Assembly: GCA_036550355.1 (NCBI GenBank)
Contig: JAXKGN010000005.1
Span: 59,193 to 123,192, forward strand
DNA from: Collinsella sp.
Lineage (GTDB): Bacteria; Actinomycetota; Coriobacteriia; Coriobacteriales; Coriobacteriaceae
DNA: 64,000 nt
Reading direction: 5' to 3'
How positions within the stretch are numbered: position 1 is the first letter of the stretch; each line of letters starts with the position of its first letter. The translations under genes and the position numbers were made by a program. The notes below the pieces were generated by a model. That model was not told the origin of the DNA and made no database searches. It was given only the letters and a program-made list of their open reading frames with translations. Of the stretch, positions 1 through 9,685 are shown one piece after another.

Positions 1-1876
1 GCGTGACGGTACCGTTGTGGATCTCGCACTCGTGACCGCTGATCACGTCGCTCGCGCATTCGCCGAGCGCCGGAATCGTCACGCGGTGCGAATTGCGCAG
101 GCTGCGGTTGATGATAACCGTCGCGGCCTCGCCGTCTTTGCCCGTGCGGGTGTAAGCCAAGACTTCGTCGTTGAGCGCAAAGGCCTTGATCTCGCCATCG
201 ACCATAAAGGGCAGCGCGCGGCGCACGGCAGACGCGTTCTTAACGATGGCCAGCGTGTCGAAGTCGTGGAGTTGGTCCTTGGTCGGCAGGGTACGGCGGT
301 TGCCCGGATCGGTGAGGCCCTCCAAGCCGTACTCGTCGCCATAATAGATCGAGGGCACACCCGGGAAGGTCATCTGCATGAGCGTCGCCAGCCAAAAACG
401 GCTCTTGGCCAGACCCATCGAGTTATCGTCCAGGCGCCATTTGCTGCGCTCGCTCTCGGGCAGCTGTGACTCGTCGGGGCCACCGCCGAGTACTGAGATG
501 ATGCGAGGACGGTCGTGGCTCGAAAGCAGATTGAGTGCGCAGGCCAGTGCCTCGCGCGGGTAGTTCTCGCGCAGGGTCTCGATATCCTCGGCAGCCTGAT
601 ATGCGTTCTTGTAGCCCATCAAAAAGCCGATGACCATGTCGCGGAAGGGGTAGTCCATGGCGGAGTCGAGCTCCGAGCCCTGCAGATAGCGACGCAGGTG
701 GCCATAGCTGATCTTGTTGGAGGCGTCTTCCCAGACTTCGCCGAGCAGCAGCGCGTCGGGCTTCTCGGCGAGCACGGCCTTTTTGATCTCGGCCAGGAAG
801 TCGTCGGAAAGCTCGTCGGCCACATCGAGTCGCCAGCCATGGGCACCGGCGCGCAGCCATTTACGGATCACGCCGTCCTTGCCCAGGAGCCGCTCGCGCA
901 CCAGTTCGGAGCTCTCATTGATGGCGGGCATGTTGCCCACGCCCCACCAGCAGTCATACGAACCGTCCTCATGGAAGTAAAACGCATCGCGCCACGGTGA
1001 ATCCTCGCTCTGCCAAGCGCCCACGCCGGGATAGTTGCCGTAGCGGTTGAAATAGATCGAATCGTCGCCCGTGTGGTTGAAGACGCCGTCCAGGATGATG
1101 GAGATGCCCAGCTTCTCGGCTGCCTGGCACAGCTCGGTAAAGTCCCGCTCGGTGCCCAGGATCGGGTCGATCTTGGTGTAGTCGGCCGTGTCGTAGCGGT
1201 GGTTACTCGCGGCCTCAAAGATTGGGTTGAGGTAGATGGCCGTAAAGCCTAGCTCGGCAATGCGGGGCAGGTCATTTTGGATACCCTTGAGCGAGCCGCC
1301 GTAAAAATCCCAGGTCTTGATGGAGCCGTCTTCGGCACGCTCGTACTCGGGCGGTTCGTTCCAGTCCTCGACCATGCGGCGCTGGATTCCTTTGCGCGGT
1401 TTTTCAACTTCGGCAAGCGTACGCTCGTGCCAGTTTTCGTCGCGGGCATAGCGGTCGGGGAAGATCTGGTAGACCATGCCACGCTCGTACCACTCGGGAC
1501 GAACTTCGCGGTGCTTGTAGACGGTGATCTGGAAGGACGGGACCTCGGCGTAATTGTAAGTTACGCCCTCGCCACCGGTGCGACCCTGCGGTGCGCCCAG
1601 ACGGACCTCGGGCTGGCCCTCGATGTTGCAGATAAAGCTGTACCAGATAAGACAGGGCTCGGCGCACTCAAGCTCTACGGTAAATATGCCGTCGCCCTCG
1701 TGCGTCATGGGATACAGAGACTCACCGATCTCATCGACCCAGGTGCGCAGCGTAAGCGTTGCCTGGTTGGGGTCGGCATCCTCCAAAATCACCGAGAGCG
1801 AAACGGAAGTTCCAGTGGTCACAGCGCCAAACGGAGTGCGAAACTGCGGCAGACGGCTGTTGTGAATCAATCTCAT
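1..1876 (-). CDS. GH13 alpha-glucan enzyme (neopullulanase/amylopullulanase-like), runs off the left edge of the window
   Basis: ATG at 1876 (MRLIHNSRLPQFRTPFG). Frame contains YLNPIF, NHRYDTADY, ILDGVFNHTG, GWRLDVADEL and GEVWED. Absent from the ORF track because its stop lies outside the window. Confidence 0.85.
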   Translation of the reverse strand, partial: MRLIHNSRLPQFRTPFGAVTTGTSVSLSVILEDADPNQATLTLRTWVDEIGESLYPMTHEGDGIFTVELECAEPCLIWYSFICNIEGQPEVRLGAPQGRTGGEGVTYNYAEVPSFQITVYKHREVRPEWYERGMVYQIFPDRYARDENWHERTLAEVEKPRKGIQRRMVEDWNEPPEYERAEDGSIKTWDFYGGSLKGIQNDLPRIAELGFTAIYLNPIFEAASNHRYDTADYTKIDPILGTERDFTELCQAAEKLGISIILDGVFNHTGDDSIYFNRYGNYPGVGAWQSEDSPWRDAFYFHEDGSYDCWWGVGNMPAINESSELVRERLLGKDGVIRKWLRAGAHGWRLDVADELSDDFLAEIKKAVLAEKPDALLLGEVWEDASNKISYGHLRRYLQGSELDSAMDYPFRDMVIGFLMGYKNAYQAAEDIETLRENYPREALACALNLLSSHDRPRIISVLGGGPDESQLPESERSKWRLDDNSMGLAKSRFWLATLMQMTFPGVPSIYYGDEYGLEGLTDPGNRRTLPTKDQLHDFDTLAIVKNASAVRRALPFMVDGEIKAFALNDEVLAYTRTGKDGEAATVIINRSLRNSHRVTIPALGECASDVISGHECEIHNGTVT

Positions 1877-2083
1877 AATTCGGTCCAGTTCAATAGAATC
1901 ACGGCCTGCGGGCCATGGGCTTTACGCACAGGATATAAGTATATATGTTGCACACAGGCTGTATAAACAACATCCGTTTACCATCGGCGAACGGTTGTCC
2001 TAGAAAATCGTTTTACCACCCAAATTATCGCGATATTTAAAACCGTCTATACCGATACTATTTGTATCCAAACAAAAGTACTT

Positions 2084-2215
2084 CGGTTTACTACGACGAA
2101 TTGAATGATCTCAACAACAGTCATTTTGGTGATATTAAAACCGCAGCTAGAAGCGTTCTTAATTTCGAAGATTACTCGCCGTGGTCGGCCGGAGCCATTT
2201 TGTCGTAGTAAACCG
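2084..2215. repeat. 132-bp inverted-repeat element, copy A
   Basis: CGGTTTACTACGAC (2084-2097) ... GTCGTAGTAAACCG (2202-2215); central AAAACCGCAGCTAG (2137-2150). Confidence 0.85.
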
Positions 2216-2236
2216 GCCCTCTTTTTAATGCGAAGT

Positions 2237-2283
2237 TCAACGCAAAAGAGGGCGCCTGGTTGGGGCGCCCTCTTTTGCGTTGA
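2237..2283 (-). terminator. Intrinsic terminator downstream of glgA (possibly bidirectional)
   Basis: 20-bp perfect stem TCAACGCAAAAGAGGGCGCC / GGCGCCCTCTTTTGCGTTGA containing A and T tracts. Confidence 0.8.
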
Positions 2284-2306
2284 GGATTTAGTTTTAATCG
2301 TCCGGA

Positions 2307-4685
2307 TTAGCGGCGCTTGCGGGCGGCCGTTGCCTTGCGGACGGAGGTCTTCTTGGTCGGAGCCTTTTCCTCGGCCGAAACGGCGGGGGAGACCGGGGTC
2401 TCCTTGGCGGGCTCGGTCTTTGCCTTAGTCTTGGGAGCGGCCTTAACCTCGGCAGCCTTCGGAGTCGGCTCGGCCTTTACTGCGGGCTTGTCCTCGGCCT
2501 TACCCTCTGCCTTGGGAGCTGCAGCCTTGGTCGTGGTCTTCTTGGCCGTCGTCGCGGCGCGTTTGCGCGTGGTGGTCTTGGCGGCCGGCTTTGCCTCGAC
2601 AGCTGCCTTGGCCTCGGGCTCGGAGGGCGCCTCCTCGACCTTGACGGCGGGCTTTGCAGTAGCCTTCGGGGCCGTCTTCGCGGCGGCCTTCGTCGTAGCG
2701 GCCTTTGCCGTCGTCGACTTCGTAGCCGTGGTCTTCTTGGCTGCCGTTGCCTTCTTGGTGGTTGCAGCCGTCTTCTTGGCAGCGGTCTTGGCCGGATCCT
2801 TTGCCGCAGGCTTAGCCTCGGCGGCGGCCTTTACCTCGGGAGCAGCCTCGACCTCGTTGGCCTTCTTGGCAGCGGCGGTCGTGCGCTTGCGCGTGGTCGA
2901 TGCCTTGGCAGTAGTTGCCTTGGCAGCGGTGGTCTTGCTCGCAGTGGCCTTCGTGGTCGTAGCCTTCTTAGCCGTCGCCTTGCGGGTCGTCGTCTTTTTG
3001 GTGGCAGGCTTCGCAGCGGGCTTCACCTCAGGCTCGGGCTCGGGAGTAGCCTCGACCTTCACCTCAGGATCGGCCTTAACGGGCTTAGCTTCAACCGGCT
3101 TCTCCTCGGCCTTGGGCTCCTCGGCGACAGCGGGCTCCTTAACGGTCGCCGCAGGCTCGGCCTCATCAGCAACCGGCTCCTCTACGGCCGTAGCAGCCTC
3201 CACAGCCGCCGGGCGCTCAATCTCCGGGTGCATAAAGAAGTACAGGTCCAGATACTTGTCGGCCGAGCGCGTCCAGCTAAAGTCCTGGCTCATGGCCTGC
3301 GTAACCAGCTTGTTCCAGGCATCGCGGTTGTCCCAGAACAGGCGTGCCGCGCGGAACACGGCGTCGCCCATCTCGTCGCCGTTAAAGTTGGTAAACGAGA
3401 AGCCCGTGCCCTCGCCGGTAAACTCGTTGTACGGCTGCACGGTGTCCTTCAGGCCACCGGTCTCGCGCACGATGGGCAGGGTGCCGTAGCGCATGGCGAT
3501 GATCTGCGACAGGCCGCAGGGCTCAAACTTCGAAGGCATCAGGAACATGTCAGCGGCAGCGTACATGCGCTGCGACAGCGCCGGGTCAAACTCGATGCGC
3601 GCGGCCATGGTGCCGGGGTACTTGTCCTGGAAGTAGCGCAGACCGTCCTCGTAGTCGCGGTCGCCGGTACCCAGCACGGCCACCTGAACGCCGCCGGACA
3701 GGATGCGGTCGAGTGCGTACATGACCAGGTCCATGCCCTTCTGGCGTGTCAGGCGCGTGACCATCACCATGAGCGGGCGGTCGTCGCGAACCTCGAGGCC
3801 TAGCTCTTCCTGCAGCTTGGCCTTGCACACGGCCTTGCCGGAACGATCGTCAACCGTGTAGTTGGCGGCAATGCGCTTGTCGGTTGCCGGGTCAAAGCCC
3901 GCAACGTCAATGCCGTTGAGGATGCCCTGCAGCGCGTAGGAGCGCTCGCGCAGCACGCCATCCAGGCCCTCGCCAAACTCGGGCGTCTGGATCTCGCCTG
4001 CATAGGTGGGGCTCACCGTGGTGATGGCATCGGCATAGTGCAGCGCGCCCAGCATGTAGTTGATGCTGCAGGCGTCGCAGCGCAGCTGCGTGGCGGCCGC
4101 GGGAATATGCGCCACACCCAGGATGTCCTCCATCACGGTGTCGCTAAACTGGCCCTGGAACGCCACATTGTGGATCGAGAACACGGTCTTGACGCGGTCG
4201 TACAGCGGCAGGCCCTGGTAGAACTCGCGCAAGAACACGGGCGCCAGTGCCGTCTGCCAGTCGTTGCAGTGCAGGATGTCACACTCAAAGCCCTCGGGCA
4301 GGTGCTGCAGGCTCTCGGTGATGGCCTTGGAGAAGAACGCGAAGCGCTCGCCGTCGTCAAAGAAGCCGTACGGATAGTCACGCGCAAAGTAGCGCTCGTT
4401 GTCAACGAACATATAGGTGACGCCGTCGTGCTCGAGCTTCTCGAGACCGCAGTACTCGTTGCGCCAGCCCAGGCTCACGTAAAAGTCGGCAAAGTGCTCC
4501 ATCTGCGCCTTGTACTCGCCCTTGATGGTGGCGTACTTGGGCACCATTACGATAACCTCGGCGCCGGCGCGCACAAGCGCCGCAGGCAGCGAGCCCGCCA
4601 CGTCGCCCAGGCCGCCGGTCTTAACAAACGGTGCGCACTCGGCCGAGGCAAACACGATCTGCATCTTTTTGCTGGAATCTGCCAT
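2307..4685 (-). CDS. glgA: Glycogen synthase with ~300-aa low-complexity C-terminal tail
   Basis: KTGGLGDV, HCNDWQ and PSKFEPCGL GT5 motifs; start chosen at MADSSKKMQIVF. Confidence 0.95.
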   Translation of the reverse strand: MADSSKKMQIVFASAECAPFVKTGGLGDVAGSLPAALVRAGAEVIVMVPKYATIKGEYKAQMEHFADFYVSLGWRNEYCGLEKLEHDGVTYMFVDNERYFARDYPYGFFDDGERFAFFSKAITESLQHLPEGFECDILHCNDWQTALAPVFLREFYQGLPLYDRVKTVFSIHNVAFQGQFSDTVMEDILGVAHIPAAATQLRCDACSINYMLGALHYADAITTVSPTYAGEIQTPEFGEGLDGVLRERSYALQGILNGIDVAGFDPATDKRIAANYTVDDRSGKAVCKAKLQEELGLEVRDDRPLMVMVTRLTRQKGMDLVMYALDRILSGGVQVAVLGTGDRDYEDGLRYFQDKYPGTMAARIEFDPALSQRMYAAADMFLMPSKFEPCGLSQIIAMRYGTLPIVRETGGLKDTVQPYNEFTGEGTGFSFTNFNGDEMGDAVFRAARLFWDNRDAWNKLVTQAMSQDFSWTRSADKYLDLYFFMHPEIERPAAVEAATAVEEPVADEAEPAATVKEPAVAEEPKAEEKPVEAKPVKADPEVKVEATPEPEPEVKPAAKPATKKTTTRKATAKKATTTKATASKTTAAKATTAKASTTRKRTTAAAKKANEVEAAPEVKAAAEAKPAAKDPAKTAAKKTAATTKKATAAKKTTATKSTTAKAATTKAAAKTAPKATAKPAVKVEEAPSEPEAKAAVEAKPAAKTTTRKRAATTAKKTTTKAAAPKAEGKAEDKPAVKAEPTPKAAEVKAAPKTKAKTEPAKETPVSPAVSAEEKAPTKKTSVRKATAARKRR

Positions 4686-4775
4686 ATTGTCTCCCATGTT
4701 GCAATTCGAGAATAGCCGCCTGGCGCTAACCGGGCGGCTATTCTGCATGTTACGAGCGATGTTGCGGTGCCAACG

Positions 4776-5903
4776 TTAACGTACGATGGTGGTATCGGAA
4801 GTTAACGGAGCCTTGCCCAGCACCAGGATGTTCTCGGGCGTGCCGCGAAGCTCGGTGTTGGTGGGAACCACGTTGTTCTTGTCCAGAATGGCATTCTCAA
4901 CACGGGCGCCGCTCTTGATGATGCAGCTCTGGTTGATGATCGAGTTGGTCACCGATGCGCCTTCCTCAACCACGACGCCGCGCGACAGGATCGAGTTGCG
5001 CACGGTGCCCTTGATGATGCAGCCGGCCGAGATGATCGAGTTGCACGCGTGGCTGCCGGTCGCATAGCGCGAAGGCGGCACGTCGTGAGCCTTGGTCAGG
5101 ATCGGGCGCTCGGGATCGAAGAGCTGGTCTGCCACGGTCTGGTCGAGCAGGTCCATGCTGCGGCGATACAGCGACTTTTCGCTAAACACGCCCACGACCT
5201 CGCCCTTGTACTCGTAGCTGCACACGTCGATGTTGCCAAAGTCGCCCTGAAGTGCCTCGAGCAGGTCCAGATAGTCGGCGGCCTGGTAATGGTCGATGAT
5301 CTCGAGCAGCGTCTCGCGGTTGACGATGCAGCAGTCCATAGAGGCGTTGTCGCCGTACACGACGCCAGCGCTCACGCCCGTCAGGCGGCCGTTCTCGTTG
5401 ATTTCGAGTTTGGTCTCGTCGTCGACGTTGTGCGTGGCCTTGCAGTACACCACGGTCATCTGGGCGCCGGAGTTCTCGTGCGCCTCGATGATGGTGTTGA
5501 GGTCCATGTTAAAGATGATGTTGGTGCCCATCATCACGACATAGGGCTTGTCCGAGCGCTGGAACAGCGTCTTGTTGGAGATGATGTCGCGCAGCAGGAA
5601 GCGCATGCCGCCCTTGGTGGTGCCATACGCGTTGCCGGGCACCATGAACAGGCCGCCCTTCTTGCGATCCAGGCCCCAGTCCTTGCCCGAGCCCACGTGG
5701 TCGATCAGCGAGCGGTAGTTACCCGGCATGACGACGCCGACGGTTTTAATGCCGGCATTCATCATGTTGGACAGCGGGAAGTCGATCAGGCGGTAGCGGC
5801 CCAAAAACGGAACGGACGCGATGGGGCGGTCCTTGAGCAGTACACTGCCGTAGGTCGAAGAGTAGTTAGCGGTGATATAACCGATGGCCTTGCGATTGAT
5901 CAT
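4776..5903 (-). CDS. glgD: Glucose-1-phosphate adenylyltransferase subunit GlgD
   Basis: RPIASVPFLGRYRLIDFPLSN, GSGKDWGLDRKKGGL, C-terminal beta-helix; adjacent to glgC. Confidence 0.92.
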   Translation of the reverse strand: MINRKAIGYITANYSSTYGSVLLKDRPIASVPFLGRYRLIDFPLSNMMNAGIKTVGVVMPGNYRSLIDHVGSGKDWGLDRKKGGLFMVPGNAYGTTKGGMRFLLRDIISNKTLFQRSDKPYVVMMGTNIIFNMDLNTIIEAHENSGAQMTVVYCKATHNVDDETKLEINENGRLTGVSAGVVYGDNASMDCCIVNRETLLEIIDHYQAADYLDLLEALQGDFGNIDVCSYEYKGEVVGVFSEKSLYRRSMDLLDQTVADQLFDPERPILTKAHDVPPSRYATGSHACNSIISAGCIIKGTVRNSILSRGVVVEEGASVTNSIINQSCIIKSGARVENAILDKNNVVPTNTELRGTPENILVLGKAPLTSDTTIVR

Positions 5904-5907
5904 CGGA

Positions 5908-7056
5908 TCATTCCCCCTTCCCGATAACGACGTCATTTCCAACGACGGCCGTATCCTTGGTGGTATCGACAGAGCCGAGCTTCACGCCCTCTTCGACCGT
6001 GGAGTTCTCGCCCAAAATAGCGCGGCAGATGTGCGCACCGCTCTTAACGTGCGCACCCGGCAGCAGCACGGAGTCCTCGACCACGGCGCGCTCCTCGATG
6101 ATGACATCGGTCGAAAGGATCGAGTGGCGAGCGGTGCCGTAGATCTTGCAGCCGTTGGAGACCAGGCAGTCGTCCAGGCGGCCGTCCGGGCCAATGTAGT
6201 GCGGCGGACGCGTGGTGATGTTGGACATGATGGGGAAGTGCTTGTCAAACAGATCGAACTCGGGGTTATTGCCCAGCAGGTCCATCGAGGTCTCGTGGAA
6301 GCTGGCGATGGTGCCGACGTCCTTCCAAAAGCCGTGGAACTCGTAGCTGTACAGGCGCTTGCCCTCGCCGAGCAGCTTGGGGATGATGTCCTTGCCAAAG
6401 TCGTGGCTCGAGCGCTGGTCCAGAGCGTCCTCCTCGAGCGCCTCGATCAGCACGTCGGCCGAGAAGATGTAGATGCCCATGGACGCGAGGTTCGAATCGG
6501 GCTTATCGGGCTTCTCGGTGAACTTGGTGATGCGGCCGTCCTCGGGGTCGGTGGTCAGGATGCCAAAGCGGCTGGCCTCCTCCCACGGCACGGGCATAAC
6601 GCTCACCGTGAGGTCGGCGTTGTTCTCAATGTGCGTCTTGAGCATCTTGCGGTAGTCCATGCGATACAGGTGATCGCCCGAAAGAATCAGGACGTACTTG
6701 GGGTCGTTGGCCTTGATGTAGTCGAGGTTCTGCGTAATGGCGTCGGCCGTGCCCGCATACCAGGCGCCGCCGGTCTGCGTCTCGTACGGCGGCAGAATCG
6801 ACACGCCGCCGTCGCGGCTGTCCAGATCCCAAGCCTCGCCGGAGCCCACATAGGCATGCAGCAGGTAGGGGCGATACTGCGTCAGAACGCCCACCGTGTC
6901 GATGCCCGAGTTGGAGCAGTTGGACAGCGAAAAGTCGATAATGCGGAACTTGCCACCAAAGCTAACCGCCGGCTTAGCGATCTTTTGGGTGAGTGCCCCC
7001 AATCGGCTGCCCTGTCCTCCTGCGAGGAGCATCGCGATGCATTCTTTCTTACTCAT
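5908..7056 (-). CDS. glgC: Glucose-1-phosphate adenylyltransferase
   Basis: [31 protein letters not shown] and WKDVGT motifs. Confidence 0.97.
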   Translation of the reverse strand: MSKKECIAMLLAGGQGSRLGALTQKIAKPAVSFGGKFRIIDFSLSNCSNSGIDTVGVLTQYRPYLLHAYVGSGEAWDLDSRDGGVSILPPYETQTGGAWYAGTADAITQNLDYIKANDPKYVLILSGDHLYRMDYRKMLKTHIENNADLTVSVMPVPWEEASRFGILTTDPEDGRITKFTEKPDKPDSNLASMGIYIFSADVLIEALEEDALDQRSSHDFGKDIIPKLLGEGKRLYSYEFHGFWKDVGTIASFHETSMDLLGNNPEFDLFDKHFPIMSNITTRPPHYIGPDGRLDDCLVSNGCKIYGTARHSILSTDVIIEERAVVEDSVLLPGAHVKSGAHICRAILGENSTVEEGVKLGSVDTTKDTAVVGNDVVIGKGE

Positions 7057-7164
7057 CGATTTCTCCTTCTGTCATCGATGTTCCTAAACCCATTAGCGAC
7101 GGGCGCGGCGCTCGGTCGCGCCCGTCGAGTAATGCCGTGCTGGCATAGGGGAGCTCGCGCGCCT

Positions 7165-9591
7165 TTACGCGTGCCAGATCTCGTCGCGGTACTCGCGAAT
7201 GGTGCGGTCGCTCGAGAACCAGCCGGAGGAGGCGGTGTTGAGCAGGGCCTTGCGGTTCCAGGTCTCCTGGTCGCCGTAGCTGTTCGTGAGCGCCTCCCAC
7301 GCATCCACGTAGCTGCGGAAGTCTGCCATGACCAGGTCGGGGTCGTTGTTGTTCATGAGCTCGTTGTAGATGCTCTCGAAGTTGCCCGAAAGACCGGCAA
7401 ACGTGTTGTCCTTGAGCTCGTCCATCACGCGGCCCAGACGCTCGCGGTCGCCGTTGAGGGTATCCCACGCAAAGTAGCTGTTCGATGCCCAGAGCTGCTC
7501 GACCTCGGGGGCGGTCAGGCCAAAGATGGCCTCGTTCTCGCGGCCGGCCAGGTCGGCGATCTCGATGTTGGCGCCGTCGAGGGTGCCCAGCGTAATGGCG
7601 CCGTTCATCATGAGCTTCATGTTGGACGTGCCCGAGGCCTCCTTACCGGCCGTGGAGATCTGCTCTGAGATCTCGGCGGCGGGGTAGATGAGCTGGGCGT
7701 TGCTCACGCGGAAGTTGGGGATAAAGCAGACCTTCATGACCTCGTTGACGCGCGGGTCGTTGTTGATGACATCGGCCACGGAGTTAATGAGGCGGATGGT
7801 CTCCTTGGCAAAGGTGTAGCTCGAGGCAGCCTTGCCGCTAAAGATGAAGGTCGTCGGCGTTACGTGGAAGTTGGGATCGGCGATGCGACGGTTGTAGATG
7901 TCCATCACCTTCATGATGTTCATGAGCTGGCGCTTGTAGGCGTGGAAGCGCTTTACCTGAACATCGAAGACGGTGTTGGGGTCAATGACCAGACCAGTCT
8001 CGGCCTTAACGTAGGCGGCAAGGCGCTCCTTGTTGGCGCGCTTGGAGGCACCCACGGCCTTCAGGAACTCGGTATCGTTCTGGAACTCTTTGAGTTTCTC
8101 CAGCTCAAAGGCGTTCTTCAGCCAGCCGTCGCCAATAGCCTCGGTCACGAGCTTGGCGTAGGTGGGGTTGGCCTCGGCAAAGAAGCGACGGTGCGAGATG
8201 CCGTTGGTCTTGTTGTTGAACTTCTCGGGCGTCAGGGCATAGAAGTCCTTGAGCACGATGTTCTTGATGATGTCGGAGTGGATCTTGGCCACGCCGTTGA
8301 CGCTGTGGCTGCAGATCACGGACAGGTTGGCCATGCGAATCTCGCCGTCCCACAGGATGGCGGTCTGACGCAGACGCTCCTGCCAGCCCTCCTGCGTGGT
8401 GTCGAACGACTCGTGCCAACGACGGCTGATCTCGTCGATGATCTGGTACACGCGGGGGAGGAGCTTGGAGAACATGCCGATGGGCCACTTCTCCAGGGCC
8501 TCGGGCAGGATGGTGTGGTTGGTGTAGCTCACGACCTGCGTCACGATGTTCCAGGCGTCGTCCCACTCGAGCTTCTTCTCGTCGATGAGGATGCGCATGA
8601 GCTCGGGTCCGCACATGGCGGGGTGCGTGTCGTTGGTGTGGATGGCCACAAACTGCGGCAGCAGCTCCCAGTTCTCGCCGTGCTCCTTCTCAAAGGTGTC
8701 GAGCAGGCTGTAGATGCCGGCCGAGACAAACAGGTACTCCTGCTTCAGGCGCAGCAGGCGGCCGTGCTCGCCGGCGTCGTTGGGGTAGAGGATGGCGCTG
8801 ATGGCCTCGGCCTCGGCGCGTTCGGCGTCGGCCAGGGCATAGTCGCCGCGGTTGAAGGCCTCAAGGTCAAAGTGCTCCTCGACCGGCTCGGCAGCCCAGA
8901 CGCGCAGCTTGTTGACAGTCTCGCCGGCATAGCCCACGACGGGGATGTCATAAGGGACGGCCAGGATGTCCTGCGTGTCCACCGTGCGGTAGAACGTGCG
9001 ACCGTTCTCCTCAAAGCCCTCAACATGGCCACCAAACTTAATGGTCACGGCCTTGTCCTGACGACGGACCTCCCAGGGATAGCCGTGGGTGAGCCACTCG
9101 TCGGTGGCCTCGACCTGGCTGCCGTTGACGATTTCCTGCTTAAACAGGCCGTAGCGGTAGCGCATGCCGTTGCCGTAGCCGGCAATGCCCTCGGCTGCCA
9201 TGGAATCCAGGAAGCATGCGGCCAGACGACCCAGGCCGCCGTTGCCCAGTGCCGGATCGGGCTCCTGGTTCTCGATGACGGACAGGTCAAAGCCCATGTC
9301 GTCGAGCGCCTCGGCGACCATGTCGCGCACGCCAAAATTGAGCAGGTAGTTGTCGAGCAGGCGGCCGATCAAAAACTCGATCGAGAAGTAGTACACGCGC
9401 TTCTTGCCCTCGGCGGCCACGCGGGCGTCGCTGGTGGTTGCAACGGTGCGTGCCTTCTCGGCCACGAGCTTTGCCAGGGCGTTAAAGCGGTCCAGGTCGC
9501 TGGCGGCCTCGACGCTCTTGCCGCTGATGCTCATGACGGCTTCGCGATAGAGCTCGGTAAACTCCTGCTTGTTGTCGAAGATCTTATTCAT
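7165..9591 (-). CDS. glgP: Glycogen/starch phosphorylase
   Basis: LGNGGLGRLAACFLDS and PLP-site EASGTSNMK motifs. Confidence 0.97.
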   Translation of the reverse strand: MNKIFDNKQEFTELYREAVMSISGKSVEAASDLDRFNALAKLVAEKARTVATTSDARVAAEGKKRVYYFSIEFLIGRLLDNYLLNFGVRDMVAEALDDMGFDLSVIENQEPDPALGNGGLGRLAACFLDSMAAEGIAGYGNGMRYRYGLFKQEIVNGSQVEATDEWLTHGYPWEVRRQDKAVTIKFGGHVEGFEENGRTFYRTVDTQDILAVPYDIPVVGYAGETVNKLRVWAAEPVEEHFDLEAFNRGDYALADAERAEAEAISAILYPNDAGEHGRLLRLKQEYLFVSAGIYSLLDTFEKEHGENWELLPQFVAIHTNDTHPAMCGPELMRILIDEKKLEWDDAWNIVTQVVSYTNHTILPEALEKWPIGMFSKLLPRVYQIIDEISRRWHESFDTTQEGWQERLRQTAILWDGEIRMANLSVICSHSVNGVAKIHSDIIKNIVLKDFYALTPEKFNNKTNGISHRRFFAEANPTYAKLVTEAIGDGWLKNAFELEKLKEFQNDTEFLKAVGASKRANKERLAAYVKAETGLVIDPNTVFDVQVKRFHAYKRQLMNIMKVMDIYNRRIADPNFHVTPTTFIFSGKAASSYTFAKETIRLINSVADVINNDPRVNEVMKVCFIPNFRVSNAQLIYPAAEISEQISTAGKEASGTSNMKLMMNGAITLGTLDGANIEIADLAGRENEAIFGLTAPEVEQLWASNSYFAWDTLNGDRERLGRVMDELKDNTFAGLSGNFESIYNELMNNNDPDLVMADFRSYVDAWEALTNSYGDQETWNRKALLNTASSGWFSSDRTIREYRDEIWHA

Positions 9592-9685
9592 ACGTTCCTT
9601 TCCCCCGGGGATGTTTCTCCCGGAACGGTTATGACATGTATCCTACGCCCCCGCGGGGCGGGTAATTACAGTGGTAACGCCTTTG

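Noticed and set aside
2317..3489. 390-aa hydrophobic-looking plus-strand ORF
   Set aside because: Antisense shadow of the repetitive GlgA tail; no RBS or family motifs.
4710..4743. Intergenic hairpins in the glg operon (also 7098-7126) as ncRNAs
   Set aside because: Simple stem-loops without further structure; most likely mRNA stability or processing elements.
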